This document shows positions 49,939 through 63,329 of a stretch of 64,000 nucleotides of DNA, in pieces (position 1 is the stretch's first letter; each line of letters starts with the position of its first letter). The DNA comes from Phoronis australis (lineage: Eukaryota; Animalia; Phoronida). The notes beneath the pieces were generated by a model that made no database searches, was not told the origin of the DNA, and was given only the letters and a program-made list of their open reading frames with translations. The DNA lies in contig NMRA01000301.1 of NCBI GenBank assembly GCA_002633005.1, positions 186,001 to 250,000 on the forward strand, read 5' to 3'. The position numbers were made by a program, and so were the translations under genes.

Positions 49939-52900
49939 GCGCTACATAAACTAGACAAAGAGTTGTAAGTTAAACGAGTTTAATTCGCAGCCGACAATAC
50001 AACGAGGTCGAACCAGAAGGGCTCTCCCCAAACACAGTCGTACGGATAACATTGCAATGGCGTGATTGCCTCTTCTGTCACAGAAAATGAGGTAAACTTA
50101 CACTAAGAACGGGTTGTAGAAAACAAAAATAGTAAACACAGTGCTAATAAGTTAGTATGGCGTTATCGAGATCCAGTGCTGCATGACCCGGATGAGAAAA
50201 GATTATAGTCCGGTGCAGCCCAGTTGTTAACAAAGTAGCTAAAATCAGTCATAAAGCCAATCGTCCGTTTGCCAATGAGGTTTGTGGCGCAGCCGTTGCG
50301 ATCTTCTCTGAGCCTCTGGATGAGCAGGGAAGACGGGGGGTACAACAGCAGGCGTTGTAGAACCAAGCTGGCTGGATGCATCAGGGGGAGGAACGATGGT
50401 GGATGGTACAGCTGGGGCGGCAAGTGGGCCACGTGGAGGTAGTACACCGTTGTTGCACCATGGAGCTGGATCGCAGGACGAGGGCAATGATGAAACGGAT
50501 ACTGGAACAGCGGAAGACGGTGGGAACTCGTCGTCTTCATCGTGGCCAAAAGGGGCAATGACAGGCGATGCAGCTGGAATGTCAGTAATCTCTGACGGAA
50601 CACGGTAACACTCGCTGCGTTCGACACGGTAAGAAGCATTGCATAACTGATCTCCAGAAAATTTACGAACACTAGCTCAACCACACGCCATCGGAAGCAA
50701 CCACGAGGTATCGTGGACGGGCTCTGGTCTTGTCCCTATCAGAGTAGAGGTAAACGATGTCGCCGATGGATGCGTCTCATTCTACTGCCTGGTTGGCCAA
50801 AGGAGCCTTGGATCGTGCACTGGGTCCGTGGTTGATGGGGCGCCGTTGTCGTTCGGAAGAGATCAACAAGTTATCATGAACTGGTATTTGGCAATTGGTG
50901 AACTGGGCGCGCTGAAACCACATCTCTCTGGCAGACAATCCGTGGAGCGAAGGCGGCTGTTCAATCGAGCAACAGCTACGACCAGCTGTAAGGAACTGAC
51001 ATTGCCGGCGCCATGCTGATCACGCAGTAACTCGTGTGACAACTCCTGTATGGCCTTCTCTGTGACAGGATTATGGTTGGGATTCTTGATGCGTCCGATC
51101 TCAATTGAAATGCGATGAGAAGTTTGTCCTTTTGAAGAGCCTGGAAACCTGAAGCCGGATCTGTACGGATAACTGCACGAGGGCCGTCTAAAGAGCGCAG
51201 TTCGAGAAAGTACATTTGGAGAAGACCATTTCGAAGATCCTCGTGGCGTTCAGTAGCAATGATACAAGCCGCTGTGTAAGAAGACACACTCTCGGAGTAC
51301 CAAAATCAGCTGTCGCTCGCGCTTCATAACGTCAGCTGCAAACGACGTCCCAACGGTCGTAGGTGTATCAGAGGTACTCTGTAGGGTCGTGGTTTTGGGG
51401 AAAGAGCGCATAGAACAACATTGATGGCACATGCGTGTGCAACGATCAATGGCAGACTCTAAATCAAGTGCAAAGAAGTATCGTTGGGTGATAAGTTTCA
51501 GTTGATGGGAGGTGGGATTGTCCAGCCGTAAATGAAGTGCCGTGAGTAAGCCGTCCAAGATGGGACGTGGAACGATGATGCGTTCTTCACGAGCGACGAG
51601 AGGCTTGTCTCGCTGAGCCACAAGTAAACCATCTGACGCGATAGTGGCGACGTTGAGATAGCGTTTGACATCTCGAGCGTTGGTGTCTCTCTTGGAGGGC
51701 CGCGTCCCTTGGTTGAGATGAGAGTGTACTCGCCGTAACTCGGGAGACTCGGACTGAAGGGATAACCAAGATGACCTCGAGGTGAACGGAAGTTTGTGTT
51801 CTCCCTGAAGGACCTCGGCAGCAGTCGCATGGAGCACCACACAATCTTCCAGAGTGTTCACGAAAAGGCACACTTGGCAAGACGCGTCGGTGCACTCTGG
51901 GCTATGGCGACTCGCAAAGTCGGAGACGATGTTAGTGGCACCAGATACGTGACGAACGATAGCCTGATAGCGAAAAACGGTGGAGAGAAACGTCGACACG
52001 CGAGGACTGACTGAGAATTCGCCCCTGCAGAGTTTCTCGAAAGCTTGAACACAAGGCTTGCTGTCAGTAAGTATGATAGCAGGATGCGCTGACTGAATCA
52101 GATAAGGCTAAAATGTTTCACGGTAGCAGCAATGGCGAGGGCTTCTATTTCGCATGAGAGTCAAGTAACTTGACGTGATTTCAGTTTCGCACTGAAGAAG
52201 CCGCAGACACGTGGCGTGTCTTCACGAGAGAGATACAGTGTACCAGCGATGCCCGGGTGTTTGGCGGAGGCATCCGTGACTATCCACAGCTGGTCGTCCG
52301 GTCTGGGTAGAGTGATAGTTTTATGCGTGGACAATGCCTTTTGGGCTGAGGTGAAGGCAACATGTAACTCATCGGTCCAGGTAATGCGGTCTTTGGAATC
52401 GCATCCCGATACAGCGAAGTCCAGTGGCTGGGCGATGAAAGAAGCACAGAAAGGCAGGACTCTCGACATAGCTTTCACGGCTCCGATGAAGGATCTCATT
52501 TACCGAATAGTACCAGGTTTGGGACAAGACGAGAGAGCAGCTATCCGATGTGAGCTAGCCTGTAAAGTACCCATCTCCCAAATCCAGCCGAGGACTTCTG
52601 TGCGTTGGGGGGCTATGACTGTCTTTGTAGAAGACAGACGGAGATCCGCCGAGGACAATGCATATAGCATCCTTTTCCATTTGGTAATCAACTCTGTGAT
52701 AGTCTGACCACCACAGTATAGGTCGTCAGCGAGCTTGGTGACCGCTCATTCCAAAAGCTCTCCCAATACACGACACGTCAACTCTTCCAAAGCGGTTTCC
52801 GAACCGGGCATACCCATAGCGTAACGTGCGTAGACACGGATACCTCGGAAAGGTGTGGATACGCTACAATATTTCATAGACTCTCGTGACAAAGGAATTT

Positions 52901-53036
52901 GATAGAAGGCACTCGTTAGATCAGTCTTGATGATGAACTTCCATTGAGCAATCTTCCGAAGCACAGAATATACGTCAGGCATAAGAGATGGTTGGGGCTT
53001 GGCGTACCGGCCGACATCCGACGACGCCACTTGCAT
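49939..53036 (-). mobile_element. Degenerate Ty3/Gypsy pol (RT-RNaseH-integrase), 5'-truncated
   Basis: RT ([35 protein letters not shown]), RNase H (LWIVTDAS, GFFSAKL, EIEALAIA, TDSKPC, SGATNIVSDFASR) and integrase (H..H/C..C region, FAADV, IRTDP, NPV.E) in Gypsy order, with many stops and frameshifts. LTR boundary uncertain. Confidence 0.9.
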
Positions 53037-53856
53037 GACAAGGCTAAAAATCGTTCACAGTCCGCCATTTTTTCACGGTGTTGTAAAGCTTACCAATGAC
53101 TGCCGAGGTTACATCGACCAATGCTAAAGCGCGTGCCACTGCATGATACCTGCGTGCTGGCTGTGTTAAGCACGGCACGCAGGGAACCAGCGAGGAGGCC
53201 GGAAAATAAGTGATACCTGCGTGCTGGCGCGGCTACCGCCCCACCTAGCGGCACACAGGGAACCAGCGAGACCGGAGCTATAAAATGATGTCCTTCACAG
53301 ACACTAGAGGCGCAATAAGCACTATAACGTGAATTGCGAGTTTGTGCGAGACTTGCGAATTCGTATCAACCACGACCAACGGGTGAGAATGAATTGAAAT
53401 TGCTTCTACTTTTTGTTTGCTGTTCAAAATGAACTTTGATGAGGTCTTTGTCTCAGTGAAATGCATAATGTTGCGTGTCATGTCTGTGAAGCGCCTGACT
53501 GTATTTTAAATGGCTTATAGTGTCCTTCTGTTGTGTTGTGTTGTGTTGTGTTGCTTGGCCTGGCTGTGCGCCATGACTCCGAGTTGGACTTGGAGTCAGT
53601 CAGGACTCTAGAGTCATGTCCGTGTCCTTGAACAGCTTAGGACTAAAACCTCACTCCGTGTGCCATTTTAGTGAAACGGGCCCGTGTATTGTATTCCAAG
53701 ATCACTTAGTCTTACTAACACAGTCATGTTTGTCTGTTTTAACAACCATGTCAAAAATGGTTTGATGGTGTTGGTTATTTCGTAATTGGAAGTGAGAACT
53801 AAGCCAGGTACAAGCTGACTTAAGTCTTACTCTTAGCACAGGTGTCCTTAGCTTCT

Positions 53857-54533
53857 AATCGTCCCCAATACACTATATAATACTGCAAGGTATGACTCTA
53901 CGTACTAGAAATTACTCGGGTACTTCACTTCAGCCGTCCATAACAAACATAAAACTCAATAAATTTACACAAAACAGAGATTCAACTATTCATGAGGAAT
54001 TGTTCTTTCTCCCAATACCTTTTACGGTGTCCTGCTCTACCGAGTTCGCAAGAAATTTGCAGTCAAAGCACAAAAATCTCTCCAAAAAGCTTGTCCGGAG
54101 CAACTCCTATGTCGCACGCGAAGGGTACGGAATTATCCGATGAGTTCCGGATGAACGTCAATTGCCAAGTTATTGATGCCGGAACTTTTCTTGATGAATC
54201 GGCAATTGCCGTTCATCCGTAACTCATTGGATAATTCCGTAACTCATTGGATAATTCCGTACCCTTGGCATGCGACACGGGAGTTGCTCAGGACAGACTT
54301 TTTAGGAAGATTTTTGTTCTTTGACCGCGAATTTCTTGCGAACTCAGTGGGGCACGACACCGTAAATGGTATTGGGAGAAAGAATAATTCCTCACGGTTT
54401 GTCAAACCTCTGTTTTGTGTAAAGTTATTGAGTTTTGTGTTTGCTATGGACGGCTGAAGTGAAGCGCCCGTGGAATTTCTTGTCTGGAGTGTCATACCTT
54501 GTTGTATTATACATATAGTGTATTGGAGACGAT
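53857..54533. mobile_element. Near-palindromic foldback element (~310-bp arms)
   Basis: ATCGTCCCCAATACACTATA...GGATGAACGTCAATTGCC mirrors GGCAATTGCCGTTCATCC...TATAGTGTATTGGAGACGAT; 20-bp duplication in the right arm. Confidence 0.9.
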
Positions 54534-55222
54534 AAGAAGCTGAGGAGGCCTGTGACTCTTAGCAGCAAGTTGGTTACGAGACAGTCTGAACTGTACCAGC
54601 AAAGCATTCATTTTATACTGAAAACCAAGAAACCCAGCCAAATCAGGACTAATCTACCAGTGCACCTTAAATGTTCTTATTTTTCTTGACAAATGCACAG
54701 GATACTTGCACTGACCTGGTTTTTCTTTGCTGTTTGTAATATGGTCCATTGGTTTTGCCAGAATTTTTGGTTGATATTTGCAACAAAATTTTTCTGTGTA
54801 GTTAACGTTGACACATCCTTATATCTGTATACTGTTATATTCCTGACGTGACCTTGTCTAATTCATTGCCAACAAGAGGTCAAAGGTTAGACAGCACCTT
54901 ATTGTCAGGATTGTGTAGTTAGGTGAATACCTTGAAAATAAAGTCTAATTCAGAAAAAGTATGTATTTTCTGAAAGGAGAAATATTTTAGGATTTGATTA
55001 TTAGCTGTCATTAATTAGGTCATTTGACCTTGTTTTTGTCTCATAGTAATAGTCAAGATGAAATCTCGAAACATGCAGTTTTATAAATTATTTTTGTTTT
55101 CGTTTTGTGCAGTGGTATGAGTTTTTCTCTTAAGGTAGCCTAAGTTGGACATTTTCCTAGGATCCTGCGTAACATTAACATTGCTCTACATATTCCTAAC
55201 TACCTGCTGTGTTACCTACAGT

Positions 55223-58200
55223 ATGGCTCCATCTAATTCACTGCCAACATGGGGCAACGAGAAGACCATGAATCTGAATACGCTCATTCTCACCAACATA
55301 CAGTCCTCACCTTACTTCAAAGTGCAGCTGTTTGAACTGAAGACTTTCCACGAAGTCATTGATGAGATATACTACAAGGTAAGGAACGTGCAATTTAGCT
55401 GGGCCGAGTTTTGTAGACGCAAGCATCTCGCGAGTAAAACTGCTACTAGCGTTATCATATGTTTTAATTGCATGGCGTTATCTTGTGAAGACTTGTGTGA
55501 TCTTGCGTTGTTGTGACTGTATTGTGTCTACAGAACAGGCACCTTGTTCTTGTCTTTGAAATTGTGTACATCTAGGCTGTGTTGCATAAAATTTCAAAAT
55601 TATCCACTGGAAAAGTTTGATTGTTGCATGACGTCAGGTGCATTGTTCAACTATAACAGCATGACGCGTGATAATGCGACGCAATTGTTGCTATATGGTG
55701 TGTAACTTTTATGCAACTGGGCCCTGATTTTCAAAATATTGGACGATCTTTCCGTCGAAAAATTGAAATTTTTGAGTAAAGATTTTTGTTGTCTTTTCCC
55801 TTCCAATTGAATTTATTTTTTATTTCCTTCGAAGTAATTGGCTTATCTGGGACCAAGCTATAAGTATGTTTTCTCTTTTATAGGTGGCTCACATAGAACC
55901 GTGGGAAAGAGGGAGTCGTAAGACATCGGGCCAGACTGGCATGTGTGGTGGGGTGAGTAAATGTGTTGCTTACTAACTACTGACAAACTACTAGCTAATG
56001 ATGAATACTACTAGGGCTATGGGAGAAAGGTAGCTGTAATACATCTGGCAATACTGCATGTGTGGCCGGGAGAGTAAATTCACTGTTTACTAACTATTGA
56101 CGAGATGAACAGAAAAGAGTTACTCTTTAAACACCAGCTGGTGATTGACAAGTTGCTGGTGTTAGTTATAGAAATGCCCCTTTATTAACTGTTGCTGTTC
56201 TAGTCGGAAGGGATGCCCCTTTAATAACGGTCATCAGGTGATTGGTTAGTGATGCAGGTACTATGAAGATGTTCCCCGTTAATGCAGACCATTGATTGAT
56301 TGCTTTAAGTAGGAGTATTGTTCTTTTCTTACCAACCAGTGAGACCATTTGTGTTGTTTGTTGGATGGAAAGCCCCTATATGTTGTTTGCGATGACAGCA
56401 GGAAGATTTCTCATTTGATACCCTTTGATGACTTGTAAAAAAAGAAATGTCCCTTTACTTTTCCTTATCAAGGGACGGTTGCTAGTGTTAGTAGCACGAA
56501 AGCACCTTTATTACCAACCATCAGATTACCAACTGTTTTTATTCCAGGTGCGTGGGGTGGGTGCTGGTGGCATCGTCTCCAGTGCCTTCTGTCTTCTCTA
56601 CAAGCTGTACACGCTCAAGTTGACTCGGAAACAGGTCAACAACCTGATCAACCACGCAGACTCTCCATACATCAGGGCGCTCGGGTTTATGTACATTAGG
56701 TATGTCCAACACTAACCCTCTATGGGTATGCTTAGGTTCTGGCGCTTCTATTCTGAATAAGGCTTAACTGCCTGCTTAGGAAGCAGTTGAGTAGAAACAA
56801 AAAGCAACTATTTGAAATATTATACAATTGAAATTTGACTTATCCATTGCAAAATGGTTGGCGTTACTTGTATTGAATTGAACACAAATTATTAATGAAT
56901 ACATGTATATAGAATACTTGGAGGAGGTTACATTTATTTTATTTAAGTCCTGTCTACACTGTCATGGATGTGGTTGTTTTGGTATACAACCACTGTGTAA
57001 GTTACATAATTAAGTCGACTGTGCAGCTGTGCCTGTCTAATTTTTGGCCTCGTAAGTCAGACACCTTGTGCCATTGTTCAACTCTTGGTATTGTAGGATA
57101 TCACTGCTTGTTATTGTTGTCCCAGTGCACTATGCTCAATCATTGATGTATGGATTGAGACGATCCTTGAAGGATTCTACTCAAAAGTTGCCACAACATT
57201 CTGAAATACTGCCAATGGTACATTAAATTGTACTAGATGGTTGGACTGCATTGGCAGTGGTTTTACCATCAAAAATGAAAATTGTATACACCAGTGCAGG
57301 GCTTTAGCAAAGATCAGAGTCCCTATTCATAGGCATTATATCTTGCTGTTACTGAGTTGTCGTCTCCTGCTGTCATGACTGCCTGCTTGGTGCGTGTCAC
57401 TTTGATCACCTCCGTTCTCTTGGCAGGTTTACACAGCCTCCACAGGATCTGTGGGAGTGGTACTCGGAGTACCTGGATGATGAAGAGGTACGTTCGCCAC
57501 GCCGGATGACCGTGCCCAAACTGTTAGGTCACACTCGCAGACAGACAGACACACGTGCACTTATACAATACAATCACACAGACTGATGGTGGAATTCATG
57601 ACGCCTGAGTGCTAGCTGATTTTACCCTTGGTAGCTTGAGTTTTTCCCAATCATTTTTGCATTTACGGAATATGAAAGATATTTTCTAACAAACATTACT
57701 GCTGGAGATTGACGAAAACATGTCTAATTTCCGTGTCTTCACTTCTGGAGGTAACTGTGTCACAGAACACTGCTCACAGACACACATAAAACCATAAATT
57801 GCTATTTCTTTATTATTTTTTTTTTAAAAAACCTCAGAATGAAATACAATTGGTAGTAAGTAATGATTGTTGTATCTCATGATTTTTTATCTCACAAAAT
57901 GGATCCCAAAATAGTATCTTCAACCATAATAACTAAACCGTGATGCTTTAGTCTAAATAACATGCATTTCCCCTAAACTTTGATCCTCCAAGTGTCAGCT
58001 CTGCAGTTTCAACTCGACCACATTAATAACCTGAAATGCAGTCAGTCCTCGAAACACTCACTTCCATAGTTTACACTACCAATTCATTCGTGGGCATGGT
58101 TGTCTCGGCGACTGGTTGAATTGACTGTGGTGAGTACATACCTTTTTGTGATCAATTGTCTATTGTTCTCTGGAATTTACTGCAGCTGCACGTCCATAAG

Positions 58201-61200
58201 TTCAAGGGTCATCCATGGCCATTTCTCTTTGAAAGCGGCTCTGAACCCACATTCTGTTCAATAAGCGAACTTTTGATTTAAAGCACTTACCTCTTTAAAA
58301 GTGGTCTCGTTTTTTTCGTTACTCAGGTGAAAAATAATTTCGGGGTGTACAAAGTAACTGGCAGTTTTTCCTTGATACCATGCTCGGTGTGATAAGCTAG
58401 CTGTCATTGTTTTTGAAGCCCTTGAGTCACCTCCGATTTGACAAAATAGCAATTTGACACACAATTCCCTAAAGGTAGGTGGTCTAATTTAAACCAGAAG
58501 TTGGTTTTTATGATGGAAGGCTGGTTTATAGCCACTTAAAGTAGTCAATACTAAATTCTCAAGTGGTTTTTGATAACAAAGTATTGCTATACATTGCAAG
58601 TTATGTCTAGGCTTCTTCCTAATTTGAGGCGTGCTGAACAAGACTAATATCTTGTAGTTAGCAAGATCACACTGGTCTCTGCAAGATCTCGCTGCGCACC
58701 ACAAACGTTGCCTGATCTCGCTTTCTGTCACTGGTGACTGACTGGCTTTATTGAACACTCCTCAGCTTGACAAGTTGTACTTTTGATCCAGTAGGGTGTG
58801 CTCTAGACCAATGGATGTTGTCATGGCGACAGACCGGGGAAGATTGCCAGGATATAGGACGTGTGAGGTTAACGCACACTCTTGTCTTGAGTCTTGCTGG
58901 ATGTAAGGGATCCAGCTGGCTCTCTTTGTTATAACACAAAGCCTGTCTAATCTGTGTATACAGAGTTAGAATTTTAAGTTTCATTTTGATGCTGTCAAGT
59001 AGTTTACCATATTTGTCTGGTTTAATGCCCAAGTTTGACTTGAATGCCTCCCCCAGAATTATTCCAATTGAATGGTTATATACCCTCCTCAATTCATGCT
59101 AGAAATTCTTTTTAAGGCACCAGCACCAGTGTGTTTATGAACACCTATCAAATGAATATTACATCCTTGGAAGCGCATGCAATGGACTTGCCTGTGCCTG
59201 TACCCTTGCATGATAAGCGACAGGTGTCAGAGCATAACCACCCATCCATTCCTATTTTTTGTGTCGTTTCTTGAGCGTCTGCTTGAATTAACGCTAACCC
59301 CCGGATGTTTATAGTTCTAGGGCATTAACCCGGACAATTGTACACATTAAGGTGTAGTTTATGTAGGACTTGTGTTGAATGTGGACAGATTTGATTGTTT
59401 GAACAGGGCTACTTCAGGCTGAGTGGGAAAACAAGTCAAAATTGGATATCCTACCATAGGAATTTCTGACTGTTGAGTGTTGTACGCGGCCGCAGATCAC
59501 AAATTTAAATTCAAGACTTTAATGTTTCCATTTAGGTGAAGTCTGTGTGAATAAATAGCAAACCAAAAAATTTTCTTGAAAAATAGTTCAAATGTTCATA
59601 GAACAAGGAATTATATGAGTGTATTCTTTCTCATTTGGTTGCTTTGTTGCTGCCATCATTTCTGGTTTTCTTTTTATGCAGAATATTTTTAACATATAAT
59701 ATTCTTTGATATGAAAAAGCAGTGGTCCTAAAGTGTAGATCAAGTGAAGTTTGTATCTTGTCGGCTACTTTTGATCAAGTTGTTGTTGACTGGGTCTTCA
59801 AACGTGACATTTTCACCTGGGTGACCAGGACCCAGGATCAAATCTTTACTCGAGATCAAACTCAAAATAATTTTTTAGCATTTACTAAAGATGATTGTCT
59901 GTACATAATGGTTAATTCTAGTTTACTCTTAATGACCCCGTCATTAAGGCTAAATTAAAGTTTGTGAAATTTCATTTTTTCTTGAAATCCTGAGTTTTTG
60001 GTTCATTGATTTTTTGCTTGAGTCTACGGGTCTTCTAATAGAGTCCTGAACCTGAAAATTTTGCATAATTCATAATTTACTCAAGCACAGAATATAGTGT
60101 AAACTCTTTCACCCCTATCCAGTTATCGAGAAAAACTGCATTCACAGAGTTTAGGTTGCATGTTATTCTCTGCTGTAAGTATTGTTCATCAGATTGTGTA
60201 TTATTACAGATAACTTCTATTTTAGAATTTTCCACATTTAAGCTGACCCAGCTGAGAGACGTCCTCTTTTATCACTCTAATTCTGTTTTAGGTGTTTGGC
60301 TAGAGCATAACCCTTGTTTTGTCCATTAGCTCACATGCTTGGACGCACTCAGTCAATCAGCCTCGTTCTCGTTGTAGGAGATCGACGTAAAGGCTGGAGG
60401 GGGTCACACGCTCACCATCGGTGAAATGTTACGCATGTGGCTTGTGAAGTTAGACTGGTACTCAACACTCTTCCCGCGCATTCCTGTCCCCGTCCAGAAG
60501 GACCTCGTACAGAAGTTGAGGGACCACCCACCAGCACGAGTGAGCCATCGACCCGCGGAAGACGAGTTTGAAGAAGAAGTGGCACCATCTGCTGTTGCAG
60601 TCGACGACGATGGCTGGGGTGAAGCTGGGAGATCTGGAAGGTTAGGTCGAGGGTGAGTGTTGTGGAATTTATGAATTGAATGAATCTTGGTTCTTGAGTA
60701 GGCTGGGAGAGCTAGAGAGTGGAGTTGGGCGTGGGCATTATTGGTTGATTGATGAATGGGGGTGGAGCTATGGGACTTGAGTGAAGTTGGTAGACCTGGA
60801 ATGTTTGCTCGAGGGTGGATGTTGGTGTATTGATGAATGAGTGGATCTAAGAGGCTAGGGTGAAATTAGGAGAGCTGAAAGGTTGGGTCGAGGGTAGGTC
60901 TTAGTGGATTGATGAATGGAGGTGGATATATGGGGCTAGGGGAAGTTGGGGGGAGGTGGAACATTGGGTCGAGGGCATGTGTTGGTGGATTGATGAATGG
61001 GGGTGAATATATGGTGCTAGGGTGAAGTTGTGAGAGTTGCAAGGGGGTTGGGTCGAGGGTGGATGTTGGTGGATTGAATAGGGAGGATCTATGGGGCTTG
61101 GGGGAGAGAGAAAGGGAGGAGTTGGGAGGGTTAGAGCAAGTGTTAGTTGGATAACAGAGTACTTGAGAACTGGTGACGTCTAGGTTTCTATAAATTGTAA

Positions 61201-63329
61201 AGGCTGGAGGGGGGCATATGCTTACCATCAGCGACCTTGTTTTTTGTCCAAAATACTCGAAACAAAAGTATAGACATAAATTTTGATCCAAACATGATAC
61301 GTTATATAATTTGTAGTAATGTAGATTTGTCAAGAGGGTAGTCCCAAATCACAGTATTTCCTACAATGCTGCAATATCTGTCAATAATTTTTTTTCGCCC
61401 CCTTTTTGTGCCATTGGAGTTTCACATGTTCTTTGTTGTGATATTCTTTTCAAGTCTTTCTTGACTGCATTAACCAAGGCTCACCATTGACGAATTCTGA
61501 GCAGCACTGGCAATGGTAGCCCTAAGTTCCTTCGCTAACTTGGCGAATGATTTGTCAACTTGACAGTAAAAATTTGTTTTGAAGAAACCTACTCGCGTGT
61601 TGACTCACAGTCAGCTCAAATCAAGTCGCACCACAAACGACATTCTTAATTCGATTCCGAGTCCTAAAAATAACAAGCGAAAATGTTCCATTTCATGTCT
61701 GTCACTTCCCCTGAAATCACTCTTTTACTGCAACAAAATGTTGTGTAAGGGTGGGAGGGACAATGACAATGTGAAGACTATTTCGGCAGCGGCCAAAAGA
61801 AAACAAGGTAAAGCAAATGTCAATTTGTTATATTTACTACTCTGCACGATTTAGCTTTTAGTTTGCATGCCTCAAGATATGTTAACATTTTGGACCTTAA
61901 TATCTTGCTCATCAAAATGCCTAAGAGGCCTGCGTATCCCTGCTGTAACTCAGCGATTTGGAAATCCATCATTGCCAAATTTTTATAGGTCAACATCAAT
62001 GAAATGCCCATGTGGCTGCTGTACCCTCGCCGTAACCCGCAGATAGAGAGAAAGTATTTGGCTAAGAATTTTTGAAAATGGCTAAGGGTAAAAGTTTTCA
62101 GATGCTTTAGCCATTTTGGTACCTTTAGAGGTCTAGCAGTACCCTAGTTACCCATTTGCGCTTTTTTAATGCCAATTACACCAGGAAGTTGGATTGACTG
62201 GATATTTGGTAGGTTAGTTTTTAACTGAACTGAATCCCTTTTCTTGAAGGTATATTTTCAATTGCAGTTACCATACTTTTAAACTGTTAAAATTGTGAAT
62301 ATTTCCATGGACATACTCCTTGATGGTTCCTGACATGATCTGTGAGCATGCGTCTGACAATTCAAAACGTGGCCATTAAAAACAACATACTTGTTGCCTC
62401 CCGAACAAAGAGTTCTATACCTGTGATATCTGGGATGACTCTATTTTCTTAAATTAAAACTGCAAACAAACTCAAATTTGGCCTTTTAGTATCGTAAAGT
62501 CAGTCTCATAATATTCCTTGCTGTGATAGTTCCACTTCAGCTACCAACTAGAGCACTGGCAATGCCATTTTCGAATACACTAGAGTCAAATTTGCAATTT
62601 TACGATTAGTCAACCTCAATAAACGAGTCACTGATGGTTTTGTATATTCTTGTTGGTAACGGAAATAGAATCCTGTCATGGAAAGTAATATTACGAGTCT
62701 GATTTTATGACAGTAAACGGCCCAAGTGAAGTGTGGGTTGTTGGCCAACTAAGCAGGGTGAAATTCAGCTTTAAATCTAGTTATGGACAATTATAATGAC
62801 CCTTATGATTTGGACAAAAACTTGAGGTCTTGAATCTTGAAAGTTATCAATGATCTTTTCTCTTCACAGGTCCCCTGTTGGTCGTGTGAGAGACGGTTAT
62901 GGGGAGGTGACTGGTGACATCTCCAGAGAGAAACACCGAGAACCGGACAGTCGAGACCGAGATAGGCATTCGCGACACAGGTCGAGGTCCCGTGAACGTG
63001 AAAGACCTCACGACCGTCACGGACGATCGCGAGAGCACCAGAAAGTGTCACATTCAAGGGACAAACATCGTTCACAGTCTCGTGAGCGGCACAGGTCACG
63101 TGACCATCAGAGTTCGCGAGACAAGCACCGCAGGTCCAGAAGTCGTGAACGGAGAAGTTCTGCAAGCAGGGAAGAACGAGGGTCAAAAGGTCAGTCCAAG
63201 CACCGAAGGTCACGGTCACAAGATAGGATTTCTAAGCATAAGCACAGGTCTCACAGAGACGACAGAGATTCGTTTGAACGAGATTTGGAACGCGAGAAAA
63301 AACGACACAAACGCAAAGGAGATTACTAG
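55223..63329 (+). CDS. PRPF38B: Pre-mRNA splicing factor 38B (PRP38 domain plus RS/RD-rich tail), 6 coding exons, ~386-390 aa
   Basis: Exons 55223-55378 (LPTWGNEKTMNLNTLILTNIQSSPYFK), 55884-55952 (HIEPWERGSRKTSGQTGMCGG), 56548-56699 (VRGVGAGGIVSSAFCLLYKL..DSPYIRALGFMYIR), 57427-57487 (FTQPPQDLWEWY), 60378-60640/60652 (VKAGGG..KLDWYSTLFPRIPVPVQK) and 62870-63329 (RSRS-rich). All GT-AG with consistent phases. An upstream exon is implied by the acceptor at 55221. Confidence 0.95.
55574..55724. mobile_element. Harbinger-like MITE in PRPF38B intron
   Basis: GGCTGTGTTGCATAAAA mirrors TTTTATGCAACTGGGCC. Confidence 0.5.
60615..61140. repeat. Degenerate G-rich minisatellite (~80 bp unit) seeded from the PRPF38B exon 5/donor junction
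   Basis: GGGTGAAG(C/T)TGGGAGA..TGGAA.GTT.GGTCGAGGGT...GGATTGATGAATG recurs ~6 times; the first unit overlaps the exon end. Confidence 0.8.

Noticed and set aside
53014-53036. TGGCGTCGTCGG as a tRNA-Ser primer-binding site of the Gypsy element
   Set aside because: It overlaps RT-like coding sequence, and the upstream DNA does not match the candidate 3' LTR region.
53892-54495. Pair of similar ORFs on opposite strands (MTLRTRN.. / MTLQTRN..)
   Set aside because: Consequence of the palindromic element; no known domain.
60866-61333. Pro-rich 155-aa minus-strand ORF
   Set aside because: Antisense translation of the G-rich intronic minisatellite.
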